DNA of 45,928 nucleotides, taken from positions 1 through 45,928 of IMG/VR virus record IMGVR_UViG_3300048848_000275; one strand, 5' to 3'. The translations under genes and the position numbers were made by a program. The notes below the pieces were generated by a model. That model did no database searches. It was not told the origin of the DNA and saw only the letters and a program-made list of their open reading frames with translations. This stretch comes from a virus (lineage: Duplodnaviria; Caudoviricetes). Below are positions 9,471-18,057 of the stretch, in pieces. How positions within the stretch are numbered: the stretch's first letter is position 1; the number at the start of each line of letters is the position of its first letter.

Positions 9471-9878
9471 ATGGCGGCACAGAAGGGCAAGGACCTTCTC
9501 CTGAAGGTGGACAATAGCGGGACGTTTCTGACCGTGGCGGGACTGCGCTCCAGGCGGATCGCCTTCAACGCGGAAACGGTCGACATTACCGATGCCGAAA
9601 GCAGCGGGCGCTGGCGCGAACTTCTGGGCGGGGCGGGGGTGCAGCGGGCATCGCTGAGCGGTTCGGGGATCTTCAAGGACGGCACAAGCGACGCGCTGGT
9701 GCGCAGCACGTTCTTTGCCGGCACGATCCTCTCCTGGCAGATCATCATTCCCAGTTTCGCGACACTGGCCGGGGCGTTCCAGGTGACGGCGCTCGAATAT
9801 TCCGGCGAGCACAATGGTGAAATCCGGTTCGAGATTGCGCTCGAATCCGCCGGCGTCGTGAGTTTTACAGCATTGTAG
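9471..9878 (+). CDS. Major tail tube protein, TP901-1 family (RcGTA g9-like)
   Basis: MAAQKGKDLLLK, VAGLRSRRIAFNAETVDIT..ES.GRWRELL.GAG, LESAG. Confidence 0.96.
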   Translation: MAAQKGKDLLLKVDNSGTFLTVAGLRSRRIAFNAETVDITDAESSGRWRELLGGAGVQRASLSGSGIFKDGTSDALVRSTFFAGTILSWQIIIPSFATLAGAFQVTALEYSGEHNGEIRFEIALESAGVVSFTAL

Positions 9879-9898
9879 GAGCATGAAAGGGGGATTTC

Positions 9899-10249
9899 AT
9901 GGGCATGCATGGACGGGCCAACCGCCGGCGCGGCGAGGTGGAGGCTGAAATGGACGGCGAGCGGCGGATCCTGTGTCTGACGCTCGGCGCACTGGCAGAA
10001 CTGGAAACGGCGTTTGCGGCGAGCGATCTGACGGAGCTCGCCGGGCGGTTTTCCTCCGGGCGGATGAAGGCAGCCGACATGATCCGCATCATCGGGGCGG
10101 GCCTGCGCGGCGGCGGCAACCTGATTACCGACGACGAGGCGGCGGCGATGAGCGTCGATGGCGGGATCCTCTCCTGCGCGCGGATCGTCGGCGAGTTGCT
10201 GAGTGCTGCCTTCGGCACGGATGAGGGACCGTCACCGGCAAACCCCTGA
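9899..10249 (+). CDS. Tail assembly chaperone (GTA gp10)
   Basis: ANRRRGEV…LCLTLGALAELE.AF…IIGAGLRGGG. Confidence 0.92.
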   Translation: MGMHGRANRRRGEVEAEMDGERRILCLTLGALAELETAFAASDLTELAGRFSSGRMKAADMIRIIGAGLRGGGNLITDDEAAAMSVDGGILSCARIVGELLSAAFGTDEGPSPANP

Positions 10250-10464
10250 TGGCCGCAGCGGGCGGGAAGGCGCAGGAGTTTGAGCCTTTTCCATGGGACG
10301 CGGCGATGCATGCCGGTCTCTGCCTGCTGCGGCTTTCCGCACCGCAATTCTGGGCGCTGACGCCAAGAGAGCTGTTTGCTGCAACCGGTGGTCTGATCAA
10401 ACGCACAACGTCGATCGAGCGAGCCGGGCTGGAGACGCTGATGCGGGCTTTTCCGGATGGCTAG
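10249..10464 (+). CDS. Tail assembly chaperone 2 (rcc01693-like)
   Basis: FPWDAAMHAGL..LRL....FWALTPREL…LMRAFPD. Confidence 0.9.
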   Translation: MAAAGGKAQEFEPFPWDAAMHAGLCLLRLSAPQFWALTPRELFAATGGLIKRTTSIERAGLETLMRAFPDG

Positions 10465-10477
10465 TTCGCCCCGCGCC

Positions 10478-11248
10478 TCATGACATGTGACCAACCGAGG
10501 CGACCGGGTGCAGTCCTTGATCGTTGACTGGATCAATACTTTGATCGACGTAGTTCACGACCGTCCCGGCAGGTAGCCTGATCTTCAGGGTTCTTTCGGT
10601 CAGATCCTCGCCGGAGAAGATCGCTACCTTGAAGGTGATGTAGTTTCCGCGCTTTCTCGCCAGGGCGCGCGGAGCCGACTTGAGATCGAAGGCGCATCGG
10701 AACTCGACCGCGCCGGGCGTTGTCTGACGATCTATCCAGCCAGGGATGGCAACGAAATACTGCAGTTTGCCCGCTTCGACGCTGGGTGTGAGCTCCCTGA
10801 TGGAGCCATCCCCGTTCTTGCGAACGAATTTCACGCTGCCCATCGGCATGTTGCGAAACCCGACCGTCGCCTGCACCTCGACGATGTTGAAGTTTCGTCT
10901 GTTCCAGTTGATGACTCTGATCCAGTCATACTGTTGGTCGTCACGCATGACGACGCGCTCGATCGTCGGAGGCGCATCGCCCAGCATGAAGGCAGTCTGC
11001 CGGCGCTGTTGCGAAAGCTGGCCATGTGCCAGAAAGGTTCCGATGATGGCAGCCACCAGAGCTGCCCAACCGCTGGTCGCGCTTGCCCAGTCCTGAGCGG
11101 TGCATCTGGTCTGCTCGCACAGGGCGAAAGTGAGTACCGGGAGGTGGATGCTGCCGTAAACCATGACCCAGGCTGCAGCCGGTAAGACAGCTAGAAACAG
11201 AATGATCCATCCGAGATTTTTGCGGAACCATGTTCGATCGATCAGCAT
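10478..11248 (-). CDS. Membrane-anchored hypothetical protein (moron-like insertion)
   Basis: Two N-terminal hydrophobic helices then a soluble beta-rich domain; GGAGGAGG RBS upstream; opposite strand and lower GC than flanking genes. Confidence 0.75.
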   Translation of the reverse strand: MLIDRTWFRKNLGWIILFLAVLPAAAWVMVYGSIHLPVLTFALCEQTRCTAQDWASATSGWAALVAAIIGTFLAHGQLSQQRRQTAFMLGDAPPTIERVVMRDDQQYDWIRVINWNRRNFNIVEVQATVGFRNMPMGSVKFVRKNGDGSIRELTPSVEAGKLQYFVAIPGWIDRQTTPGAVEFRCAFDLKSAPRALARKRGNYITFKVAIFSGEDLTERTLKIRLPAGTVVNYVDQSIDPVNDQGLHPVASVGHMS

Positions 11249-11404
11249 TCGGCCTCCTCCATCTTAAGGTGCAAATAGTATTAATTGCAATCTAGCATTG
11301 TTCCTGCCCGCCGCAAGGTGGCTGGTCGGCGAAATTTGAACGGGAGCTGAGGCTGTGGATCCAGATGACGAGACGTTTGGTGCGGCCGTGACGGGGCTGA
11401 AGCC

Positions 11405-11890
11405 TTGTCCGGCGTGATGGCGGATCTTGAGGCGCGTTCGGACCGGTTCGGCCGGGCTTTGACCAGTGCACTGAGCACGGCGACGACCGGGGGCAAGGGG
11501 TTGGACGACGTGCTGAAGGGGCTCGGCAACCGGCTGGCGGATATTTCGCTATCGGCAGGGCTGAAGCCGCTCGAAAGCCTGCTCGGCAATGCAGTGAGCG
11601 GGCTGATCGGTTCGGTGACGCCGTTTGCCGATGGCGGTGTCGTGCGGGCGCCGACTTTCTTTTCGATGGGCGGCGGCACCGGGCTGATGGGCGAGGCGGG
11701 TGCCGAGGCGATCCTGCCGCTTCGGCGCGGCGCGGACGGGGCGCTCGGCGTGGCGTCAGCTGGCGGCGGCGGGGGAGCGCAGGTGGTGTTCAACGTGACG
11801 GCGACCGATGCGGCAAGCTTCCGCAAAAGCGAGGGCCAGATTTCGGCCATGCTGGCACGCAGCGTTTCGCGCGGAAACAGAGGATTGTGA
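11405..11890 (+). CDS. Short tape measure protein (RcGTA g11-like); 5' end possibly frameshifted
   Basis: PFADGGVVRAPTFF, GLMGEAGAEAILPLRRGADGALGV, DAASFRKSEGQI, RGNRGL. Confidence 0.9.
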   Translation: MSGVMADLEARSDRFGRALTSALSTATTGGKGLDDVLKGLGNRLADISLSAGLKPLESLLGNAVSGLIGSVTPFADGGVVRAPTFFSMGGGTGLMGEAGAEAILPLRRGADGALGVASAGGGGGAQVVFNVTATDAASFRKSEGQISAMLARSVSRGNRGL

Positions 11891-11899
11891 GGAGCAGCG

Positions 11900-12538
11900 A
11901 TGAGCGGATTTCATGAAGTGCGCTTTCCCCTGCGGGTGGCGCTTGGCGCCTCCGGCGGGCCTATGCGGCGGACCGATATCGTCAATCTGTCCAATGGACG
12001 GGAGGCCCGCAACCAGCGCTGGAGCGATTCGCGGCGAAGCTATGAGGCTGGATCCGGGGTGAAATCGGTTGCCGATCTCTATGCGGTTCTGGAGTTCTTC
12101 GAGGCACGCGGCGGCCAGCTCTACGGTTTTCGGTTTCGCGATCCGGTCGACTGGAAATCCTGCGGTCCGGGCCAGGCGATCTCGGCGAGCGACCAGCAGA
12201 TCGGGGTCGGCGATGGGGCGACCTCCGCGTTCTCGCTGACGAAAACCTATGCGGATGCGGCCGGCGGCTGGGAGCGACGGATCACCAAGCCGGTGGCGGG
12301 AACGGTGGTCGTGTCGGTCGGCGGCGTGGCGAAGGCAGCGACGTCCTTCATCGTCGATACGACGGCCGGCATCGTGACCTTTGCGGCAGGGCAGGTGCCT
12401 ACGGCCGGCCAGATCGTGCGGGCCGGGTTCGAATTCGACGTGGCCGTGCGCTTCGATACCGACCGGATCGAGATCAATCTGGCGCATTTCGATGCCGGGC
12501 GGATCCCGGCCATTCCATTGACGGAGGTGCTGGCATGA
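11900..12538 (+). CDS. Distal tail protein (DUF2460, RcGTA g12-like)
   Basis: FHEVRFP…GGP..RTDIV.LSNGRE.RN.RW, FFEARGGQLYGFRFRDPVD, AGFEFDVAVRFDTD. Confidence 0.95.
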   Translation: MSGFHEVRFPLRVALGASGGPMRRTDIVNLSNGREARNQRWSDSRRSYEAGSGVKSVADLYAVLEFFEARGGQLYGFRFRDPVDWKSCGPGQAISASDQQIGVGDGATSAFSLTKTYADAAGGWERRITKPVAGTVVVSVGGVAKAATSFIVDTTAGIVTFAAGQVPTAGQIVRAGFEFDVAVRFDTDRIEINLAHFDAGRIPAIPLTEVLA

Positions 12539-13410
12539 GGGCGATCCCGGCGGGTCTGGCGGGCCATCTGAGCGGCGAGGCAACGACGATCTGCTATTGC
12601 TGGCGCGTGACGCGACGCGACGCGGTGGTGCTTGGGTTTACCGAGCATGACCGCGATCTGGTATTCGACGGCACGACATTTCTGGCGGCGAGCGGTTTTG
12701 CGGCGAGCGAGGCGGAACAGGCGCTCGGCATGGCTGCCAGCGTGGAAGAGGTGGAAGGCGGGCTCGCCAGCGCTGCGATCGACGAGGCGGATCTGGCTAG
12801 CGGGCGCTATGACGGCGCGCGGGTCGAGCTGTTCGTGGTGAACTGGGCGGATCCGGCTCAGCATATGCTGCTGAACATTCGCGAGATCGGCGAAGTTTCC
12901 AGATCGGGCGGCGCCTTCAAGGCAGAGCTGCGCAGCCTTGCGCATCGGCTGGGCCAGCCACAGGGGCGGGTCTATGGCAGGCGCTGCGACGCGAGCCTTG
13001 GTGATGCGCGCTGCCGGGTCGACCTCTCGGCCTGGCGCGGGAATGGCTTGGTGGATGCGGTGATCGATAAAAGCCGCATCGTCGTGTCGGGTCTGTTCGG
13101 TTTTGCGGAGGGATTTTTCGGCCGTGGCGTCGCACAATTTGCGGGAGGGGCGCAGGTGGATATCGAGGTTCACGAGCGACGCGCCGACGGCAAGGCGGGG
13201 CTGACATTCTGGTTGCCGCTGGAGCAAGCGGTCGTTCCCGGGCAGGCGGTGACGCTGACGGCCGGTTGCGACAAGACGGTTTCGACGTGCGGCGGGCGGT
13301 TCGCGAACCTCCTCAATTTCCGCGGCTATCCGCATGTGCCGGGCTCCGATTTTGCCTATTCCTATGTGGATGGCGAGCGGCTGCATGATGGCGGAGCGCT
13401 GTTCGAATGA
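12535..13410 (+). CDS. Baseplate hub protein (DUF2163, RcGTA g13-like)
   Basis: CWRVTRRD..LGFTEHDRDL, CDASLGDARC, AGCDKT..TC..RF.N..NFRGYPHVPG. Confidence 0.95.
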   Translation: MRAIPAGLAGHLSGEATTICYCWRVTRRDAVVLGFTEHDRDLVFDGTTFLAASGFAASEAEQALGMAASVEEVEGGLASAAIDEADLASGRYDGARVELFVVNWADPAQHMLLNIREIGEVSRSGGAFKAELRSLAHRLGQPQGRVYGRRCDASLGDARCRVDLSAWRGNGLVDAVIDKSRIVVSGLFGFAEGFFGRGVAQFAGGAQVDIEVHERRADGKAGLTFWLPLEQAVVPGQAVTLTAGCDKTVSTCGGRFANLLNFRGYPHVPGSDFAYSYVDGERLHDGGALFE

Positions 13411-13850
13411 GCGCCGCCGGAGAGCGGATCGTCGCGGTGGCTGAGACCTGGATCGGCACGCCCTATCGGCATCAGGGGGCAACGCGCGGCATCGGCTGCG
13501 ATTGCATCGGCCTGATCCGCGGCATCTGGCGGGAGCTTTATGGCGAGGAGCCGGAACCGGTGGCGCACTATGCACCCGATTGGGCGGAACGGGGCGGTGA
13601 GGACCGGATGGCGGAGGCTGGCATCCGGCTGTTCGGACCGGCACTTGGCGTCGGGCAGATGCAGCCGGGCGATCTGCTGCTGTTTCGCTGGCGACCGGAC
13701 ACGATGGTGAAGCATGCGGGCATCTTCGTCGGGCCGTCCCATTTCATTCATGCCTACGAGCAGGTGGCGGTGACGCGCTCGGTTCTCGTGCCCTCCTGGC
13801 GCCGCAAAATCGCTGCCGTGCACCGGTTTCCGCCGGCAAGGGATAGTTGA
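13407..13850 (+). CDS. NlpC/P60 cell wall peptidase (RcGTA g14-like)
   Basis: WIGTPYRHQ, GCDCIGLIRGIWR (catalytic Cys), PGDLLLFRW, KHAGI..FIHAY. Confidence 0.95.
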   Translation: MSAAGERIVAVAETWIGTPYRHQGATRGIGCDCIGLIRGIWRELYGEEPEPVAHYAPDWAERGGEDRMAEAGIRLFGPALGVGQMQPGDLLLFRWRPDTMVKHAGIFVGPSHFIHAYEQVAVTRSVLVPSWRRKIAAVHRFPPARDS

Positions 13851-13875
13851 AAGTTGGCAAGGACCGGCGTATAGT
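13847..13875 (+). promoter_or_regulatory. Sigma70-type promoter facing a minus-strand small ORF
   Basis: TTGAAA (13847-13852), 17-nt spacer, TATAGT (13870-13875). Confidence 0.55.
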
Positions 13876-13918
13876 CATGGAGTAATGGATGGGGCTGGAA
13901 CCCCATCCATCGGTATGC

Positions 13919-14008
13919 TTACATTACGGATGAGATCCGGTCGGACAATGACCAGCCCGTCCGGGTCACCCTCAAGATAAGCGTCATGCCAATTGGCCAA
14001 AGCCTCAT
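13919..14008 (-). CDS. 29-aa small protein MRLWPIGMTLILRVTRTGWSLSDRISSVM (not in the ORF track)
   Basis: Strong Shine-Dalgarno GGAGGTGA just upstream of the ATG; TAA at 13919-13921; followed by a 10-bp hairpin at 13885-13910. Confidence 0.6.
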   Translation of the reverse strand: MRLWPIGMTLILRVTRTGWSLSDRISSVM

Positions 14009-14415
14009 GACATCACCTCCATGGTTGTCTATACGGGGCGCCAGCGTTTACCCAAACTCGACTAACGCGTATGGCGAAACCGCTATGCCATTTTAGTCAG
14101 CTGAAACCAGAGCCCGAGCAGTCGTCGAGAGGGTCTCGGCGTACCGAGGCTTCAAGCCAGTGCCAATTCCGTCGGTAGAGGTTATTAAGCGCTGGTTGCC
14201 AAGCCTCACTGCAGAGGGAGTGACATGCGGACTGAACTGGTCACGACGAGATGCGACGGGGTACGACTTTGCACCTTCCGATGTCCTCGTTCGATTGCTT
14301 ACTAGGTCGTGAACTCCATAAAATGAGGATCGGGAAAGCTGGGTCGCCGTCGCTATTTGCGCCTGACACCTGATGATCATACCCAAAGCGGAATAGTTGG
14401 GACGGATAGGATTTA

Positions 14416-14814
14416 ATGATCGAAAATCAGCGTTCGAAGATAAATTATATTGGAATATTCGCCACGAATGCATCCACGATGCTGTTCTCTCTCTTTCTGT
14501 TGTTTTTCCTCAGTGAGGATCTTTTTAAAACCCATCTTTTTCCTCTGGGCACTATTTTAGGCGCTATTGTTGTTTCGCTAGCTTTTATTCCTCGGTTTCT
14601 CGACGACATACGAGGGGCCTGCAATGCGATTGCAGCAGGTATAATCAGTGAGGCAGTAATAATATCTCTGTTTATATACGCTACAGGCATCCGCCCCGGG
14701 ATGTTGGTAGTCGAAAAAGGAACTGCATTGGATGGTATAATGGTGTTCTTGGCGATTTATACGTTTATTTTTTTTCTTTTATACGTTCCAGGTCAATTTT
14801 CTCGGTCGTCTTAA
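14416..14814 (+). CDS. AT-rich four-helix membrane protein, hypothetical
   Basis: 132 aa with four hydrophobic segments; AGGA upstream; markedly lower GC than neighbours. Confidence 0.65.
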   Translation: MIENQRSKINYIGIFATNASTMLFSLFLLFFLSEDLFKTHLFPLGTILGAIVVSLAFIPRFLDDIRGACNAIAAGIISEAVIISLFIYATGIRPGMLVVEKGTALDGIMVFLAIYTFIFFLLYVPGQFSRSS

Positions 14815-14986
14815 AGTGGGGATCATTCGTTCACCGGCGTGATGACATTGATCGCATCGCGGCCGAGACGATTGAGCTTAGTGCGATCAAAACATCGCTG
14901 GCTCCTAGCTTATCCACGGGCCGGGAAAACTCTCGACGCCGCCTTATGAAGGGTAGCAGCTTGCTCCTGCCCCAATCGAGGCACGT

Positions 14987-15022
14987 CCTCTCTCCCCGCA
15001 GGCGGGGTTAGGGTGAGGGGCA
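14987..15022. repeat. Degenerate REP/RIME-like palindromic element
   Basis: CCTCTCTCCCCGCAGGCGGGGTTAGGGTGAGGGGCA, with GTGAGGG(G)CAGCC repeated twice more downstream. Confidence 0.45.
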
Positions 15023-15151
15023 GCCTCCAACGAGCAAGTGAGGGGCAGCCACCTAGGAGTAGTGAGGGCAGCCACCTCCATCCGACAATCCGATAGTTTC
15101 ACTATTTTAGCGCGCATCCAGTTCACGACTGGTTCGGCGTGAGGGGGTTTT

Positions 15152-17286
15152 ATGGCTACGATCCTGTTTCAGGCGGCGGGTGCGGCACTTGGTGGGGTTT
15201 TCGGTCCTGTCGGGGCGATCCTTGGGCGGGCGGCGGGGGCGTTGGCGGGGAGCGTTGTTGATCGGGCGTTGCTCGGCGGTTCCTCGACCGTCTCGGGTGC
15301 GAGGCTCGCGACGGCGCGTATTCCGGGGGCGGACGAAGGGGCGCCGGTCAGCCGGGTTTATGGGACCGCGAGGATCGGGGGCACGCTGATCTGGGCGACG
15401 CGGTTCGAGGAGGAGGCGACGCGGGAGCGGAACGGCGCCAAGGCGACGGGCAGGTCTCAGACGGAAACGTTTCAGTATTTCGCCAACTTCGCCGTCGGGC
15501 TCTGCGAGGGTCCGATCGCCTGCGTGCGGCGCGTCTGGGCCGATGGCCAGGAATTGGACCTGACGGCGATCGAGATGCGCGTTCATGCCGGCGACGAGAC
15601 ACAGTTGCCGGATCCGCTGATCGAGGCGAAGCAGGGGGAAGGAAAGGCGCCGGCCTATCGTGGGCTTGCGTATGTCGTGTTCGACCGGTTGCCGCTCGAA
15701 GCGTTTGGCAACCGCATTCCGCTGCTGCAGTTCGAGGTGGTGCGGCCGGTCGGGACGCTGGAGAGGCAGATCCGGGCGGTGACGATCATTCCCGGTGCGA
15801 CGGAGCATGGCTATCACACGGTCCAGGTGACCGAGAAGACGGCGGAGGGAAGCGCCCGCATTCTCAACCGCAACACGATGGTGGCTGAGACGGACTGGCA
15901 GGCTTCGCTCGATGAATTGCAGGCGCTTTGCCCCAATATCGAGAGTGTGGCGCTGGTCGTAGCCTGGTTCGGGACGGATCTGCGGGCCGGGCAATGCCGC
16001 ATTCTGCCGGGCGTCGAGGTCGAGACGCGGCGCGACGAAAGCACGCCATGGTCGGTTGCAGGCGTGGTCAGGAGCGCGGCGCATCGCGTCAGCTCGTCGG
16101 GAGGCGGCCCGGCCTATGGCGGCACGCCTGGGGATGCGAGCGTGCTGGCGGCGATTGCCGATCTCAAGGCGCGCGGGCTGAAGGTGTTTCTCTATCCGTT
16201 CGTGATGATGGACATCGCGCCGGGCAATGGTCTGGCCGATCCCTATGGTCAGGCGGAACAGGCAAGCTACCCGTGGCGCGGGCGGATTACCTGTCATCCG
16301 GCAGCGGGACTGGCGGGGAGTGCTGACAGGACGGCGGTTGCGCGCACGCAGGTCGAGGCCTTTGCCGGCGGGGCGGACGGCTATCGGCGGATGGTGCTGC
16401 ATTATGCGGGTCTCGCCAATACGGCCGGTGGCGTCGAGGGGCTGGTGATCGGATCGGAACTGCGGGGGCTGACGCAGATCCGCGATCAGACCGGTGGGTT
16501 TCCGTTCGTCGAGGCGCTGGTGACCTTGGCATCGGATGTGCGGGCGCTTGTCGGACCGGCGACGGCGCTGACCTATGGCGCCGACTGGAGCGAATATTTC
16601 GGCTACCATCCGCAGGATGGCACAGGCGATGTGTTGTTCCATCTCGATCCGCTCTGGGCGTCGCCTCATATCGATGCGGTCGGGATCGACAATTACATGC
16701 CGCTCTCCGACTGGCGCGACGAGGATCTGGCATCGACAAATCCTGATGGGTTCCGGTCCAGCGAGGACCGGTCGGCAATGACGGCGCAGATTGCGGCGGG
16801 CGAGGGGTTCGACTGGTACTACGCAAGCGAGGCCGACCGGGCGAACCGGCTGCGCTCGCAGATCAGCGACGGGCTGGCGGGCAAGCCCTGGGTGTTTCGC
16901 GCCAAGGATCTCCAGGGGTGGTGGGGCAACCGTCACTATAACCGGGTGGGCGGCGTCGAAAGCGCCTCGGCGACTGCCTGGTTGCCCGGGATGAAGCCGA
17001 TCTGGTTTACCGAACTGGGGTGCCCGGCGGTCGACAAGGGCGCCAACCAGCCGAATGTGTTTGTCGATCCGAAATCGGTGGAAAGCATTCTGCCGTATTT
17101 CTCGTCCGGCGGGCGGGCCGACAGCCAGCAGCGTCGGTTTCTCGAAGCGCATCATGGCTGGTGGCAGGGCGAGGCGGCACCCGCCGGCATGGTCGATCCG
17201 GATCATGTGTTTGTCTGGACCTGGGACGCGCGGCCGTCGCCGGCCTTTCCCGATGACCTGACGATCTGGAGCGACGGCGAGAACTG
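15152..17286 (+). pseudogene. Megatron/baseplate multidomain protein (RcGTA g15-like), 5' part, interrupted by the island
   Basis: MATILFQAAG, PAYRG.AYVVF..LPLE.FGNRIP, YGADWSEY, GIDNYMPLSDWR, WFTELGCPAVDKGANQPNVF.DPKS, WTWDARP; similarity stops at DGEN and the frame runs a few codons into island DNA to a stop at 17305. Confidence 0.93.
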
Positions 17287-17330
17287 TTTTCACGTTTCGA
17301 CCTAAAACAGTGAAAAGAGGAGTAGTCCGA
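17287..17330 (+). repeat. Left end of island: terminal inverted repeat plus GAGTAGTCCGA motif
   Basis: TTTTCACGTTTCGACCTAAAA (17287-17307) vs reverse complement of 43954-43974 TTTTGACGTATGGAGCTGAAA; GAGTAGTCCGA at 17320-17330. Confidence 0.75.
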
Positions 17331-17364
17331 TGGTCAGGTTTTTCGCATCATTGCTCCGCCGGTA

Positions 17365-17415
17365 GTCAGACCGATCCGTGTAGCGGAGCCAATACTCGGA
17401 GCGGATCGGTCTGAC
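17365..17415. repeat. Perfect 14-bp inverted repeat near the left end
   Basis: GTCAGACCGATCCG (17365-17378) / CGGATCGGTCTGAC (17402-17415), 23-nt spacer. Confidence 0.8.
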
Positions 17416-17690
17416 GGACTATATTAGCGCTCCGTTGCTTTAGCTTTGGAGATTGGTAGACCGGGCCGTTCGCGCCGAGGGGGCGAACTTGGTGGTGGCT
17501 TGTTCGCCTCAACGTGCTCGCTGACATCGAAGCAAATAATTTAACCGGCCCAGTTCCGGGCCAGTCGGGCTCACGGTCTGGCACAAGTTGTGTGGACGAG
17601 CAGCATTGAGCGCCTTGACAAAGACTCAACTAAACGTACAAAAAGGCTACAGAGTGAACATAATGTGCTCGTGATGATCAAAATGGTGGA

Positions 17691-17996
17691 TTGGAGACAT
17701 TCTTGACCAGTATTTTTACTGACGTAGCCGCTGTCGCTGCCCTCGCTCGAGATTTGCAACATCTCGAAGACGGCACGTACGATTTTTCCGCAATTGGATC
17801 GGCTCCTGTAATAGATGAATTCTACATCGCCCATCGGACAATCCCGTGCCTCGCTGGCCGGGTCTCTGATCACCCTTTGCTTAAAGATGGGAAGTCGTCG
17901 GTAACCAGTCAGATATTCTACATGGATCCTCACAAACGGGCAGCGCGGACGTTCAGTCGCTGGTACCGGTTGGGCACCCTAGAGTACACCAAGTGA
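17691..17996 (+). CDS. DUF6634-like hypothetical protein
   Basis: CLAGRVSDHPLL.DG..VTSQIF…ARTFSRWYRLG pattern; upstream of an FtsH-like remnant. Confidence 0.6.
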   Translation: METFLTSIFTDVAAVAALARDLQHLEDGTYDFSAIGSAPVIDEFYIAHRTIPCLAGRVSDHPLLKDGKSSVTSQIFYMDPHKRAARTFSRWYRLGTLEYTK

Positions 17997-18057
17997 GATC
18001 TTTGTTGCTCATGCTACATGCCTCGCGGTTGAACTCGGTAGCTGCCGAGATTTCGGC

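Noticed and set aside
15107-17293. 728-aa minus-strand ORF and similar long antisense ORFs over GTA genes (5417-6382, 12247-13644, 4529-5317)
   Set aside because: Shadow ORFs of GC-rich coding sequence, Arg/Pro-rich with no recognisable motifs
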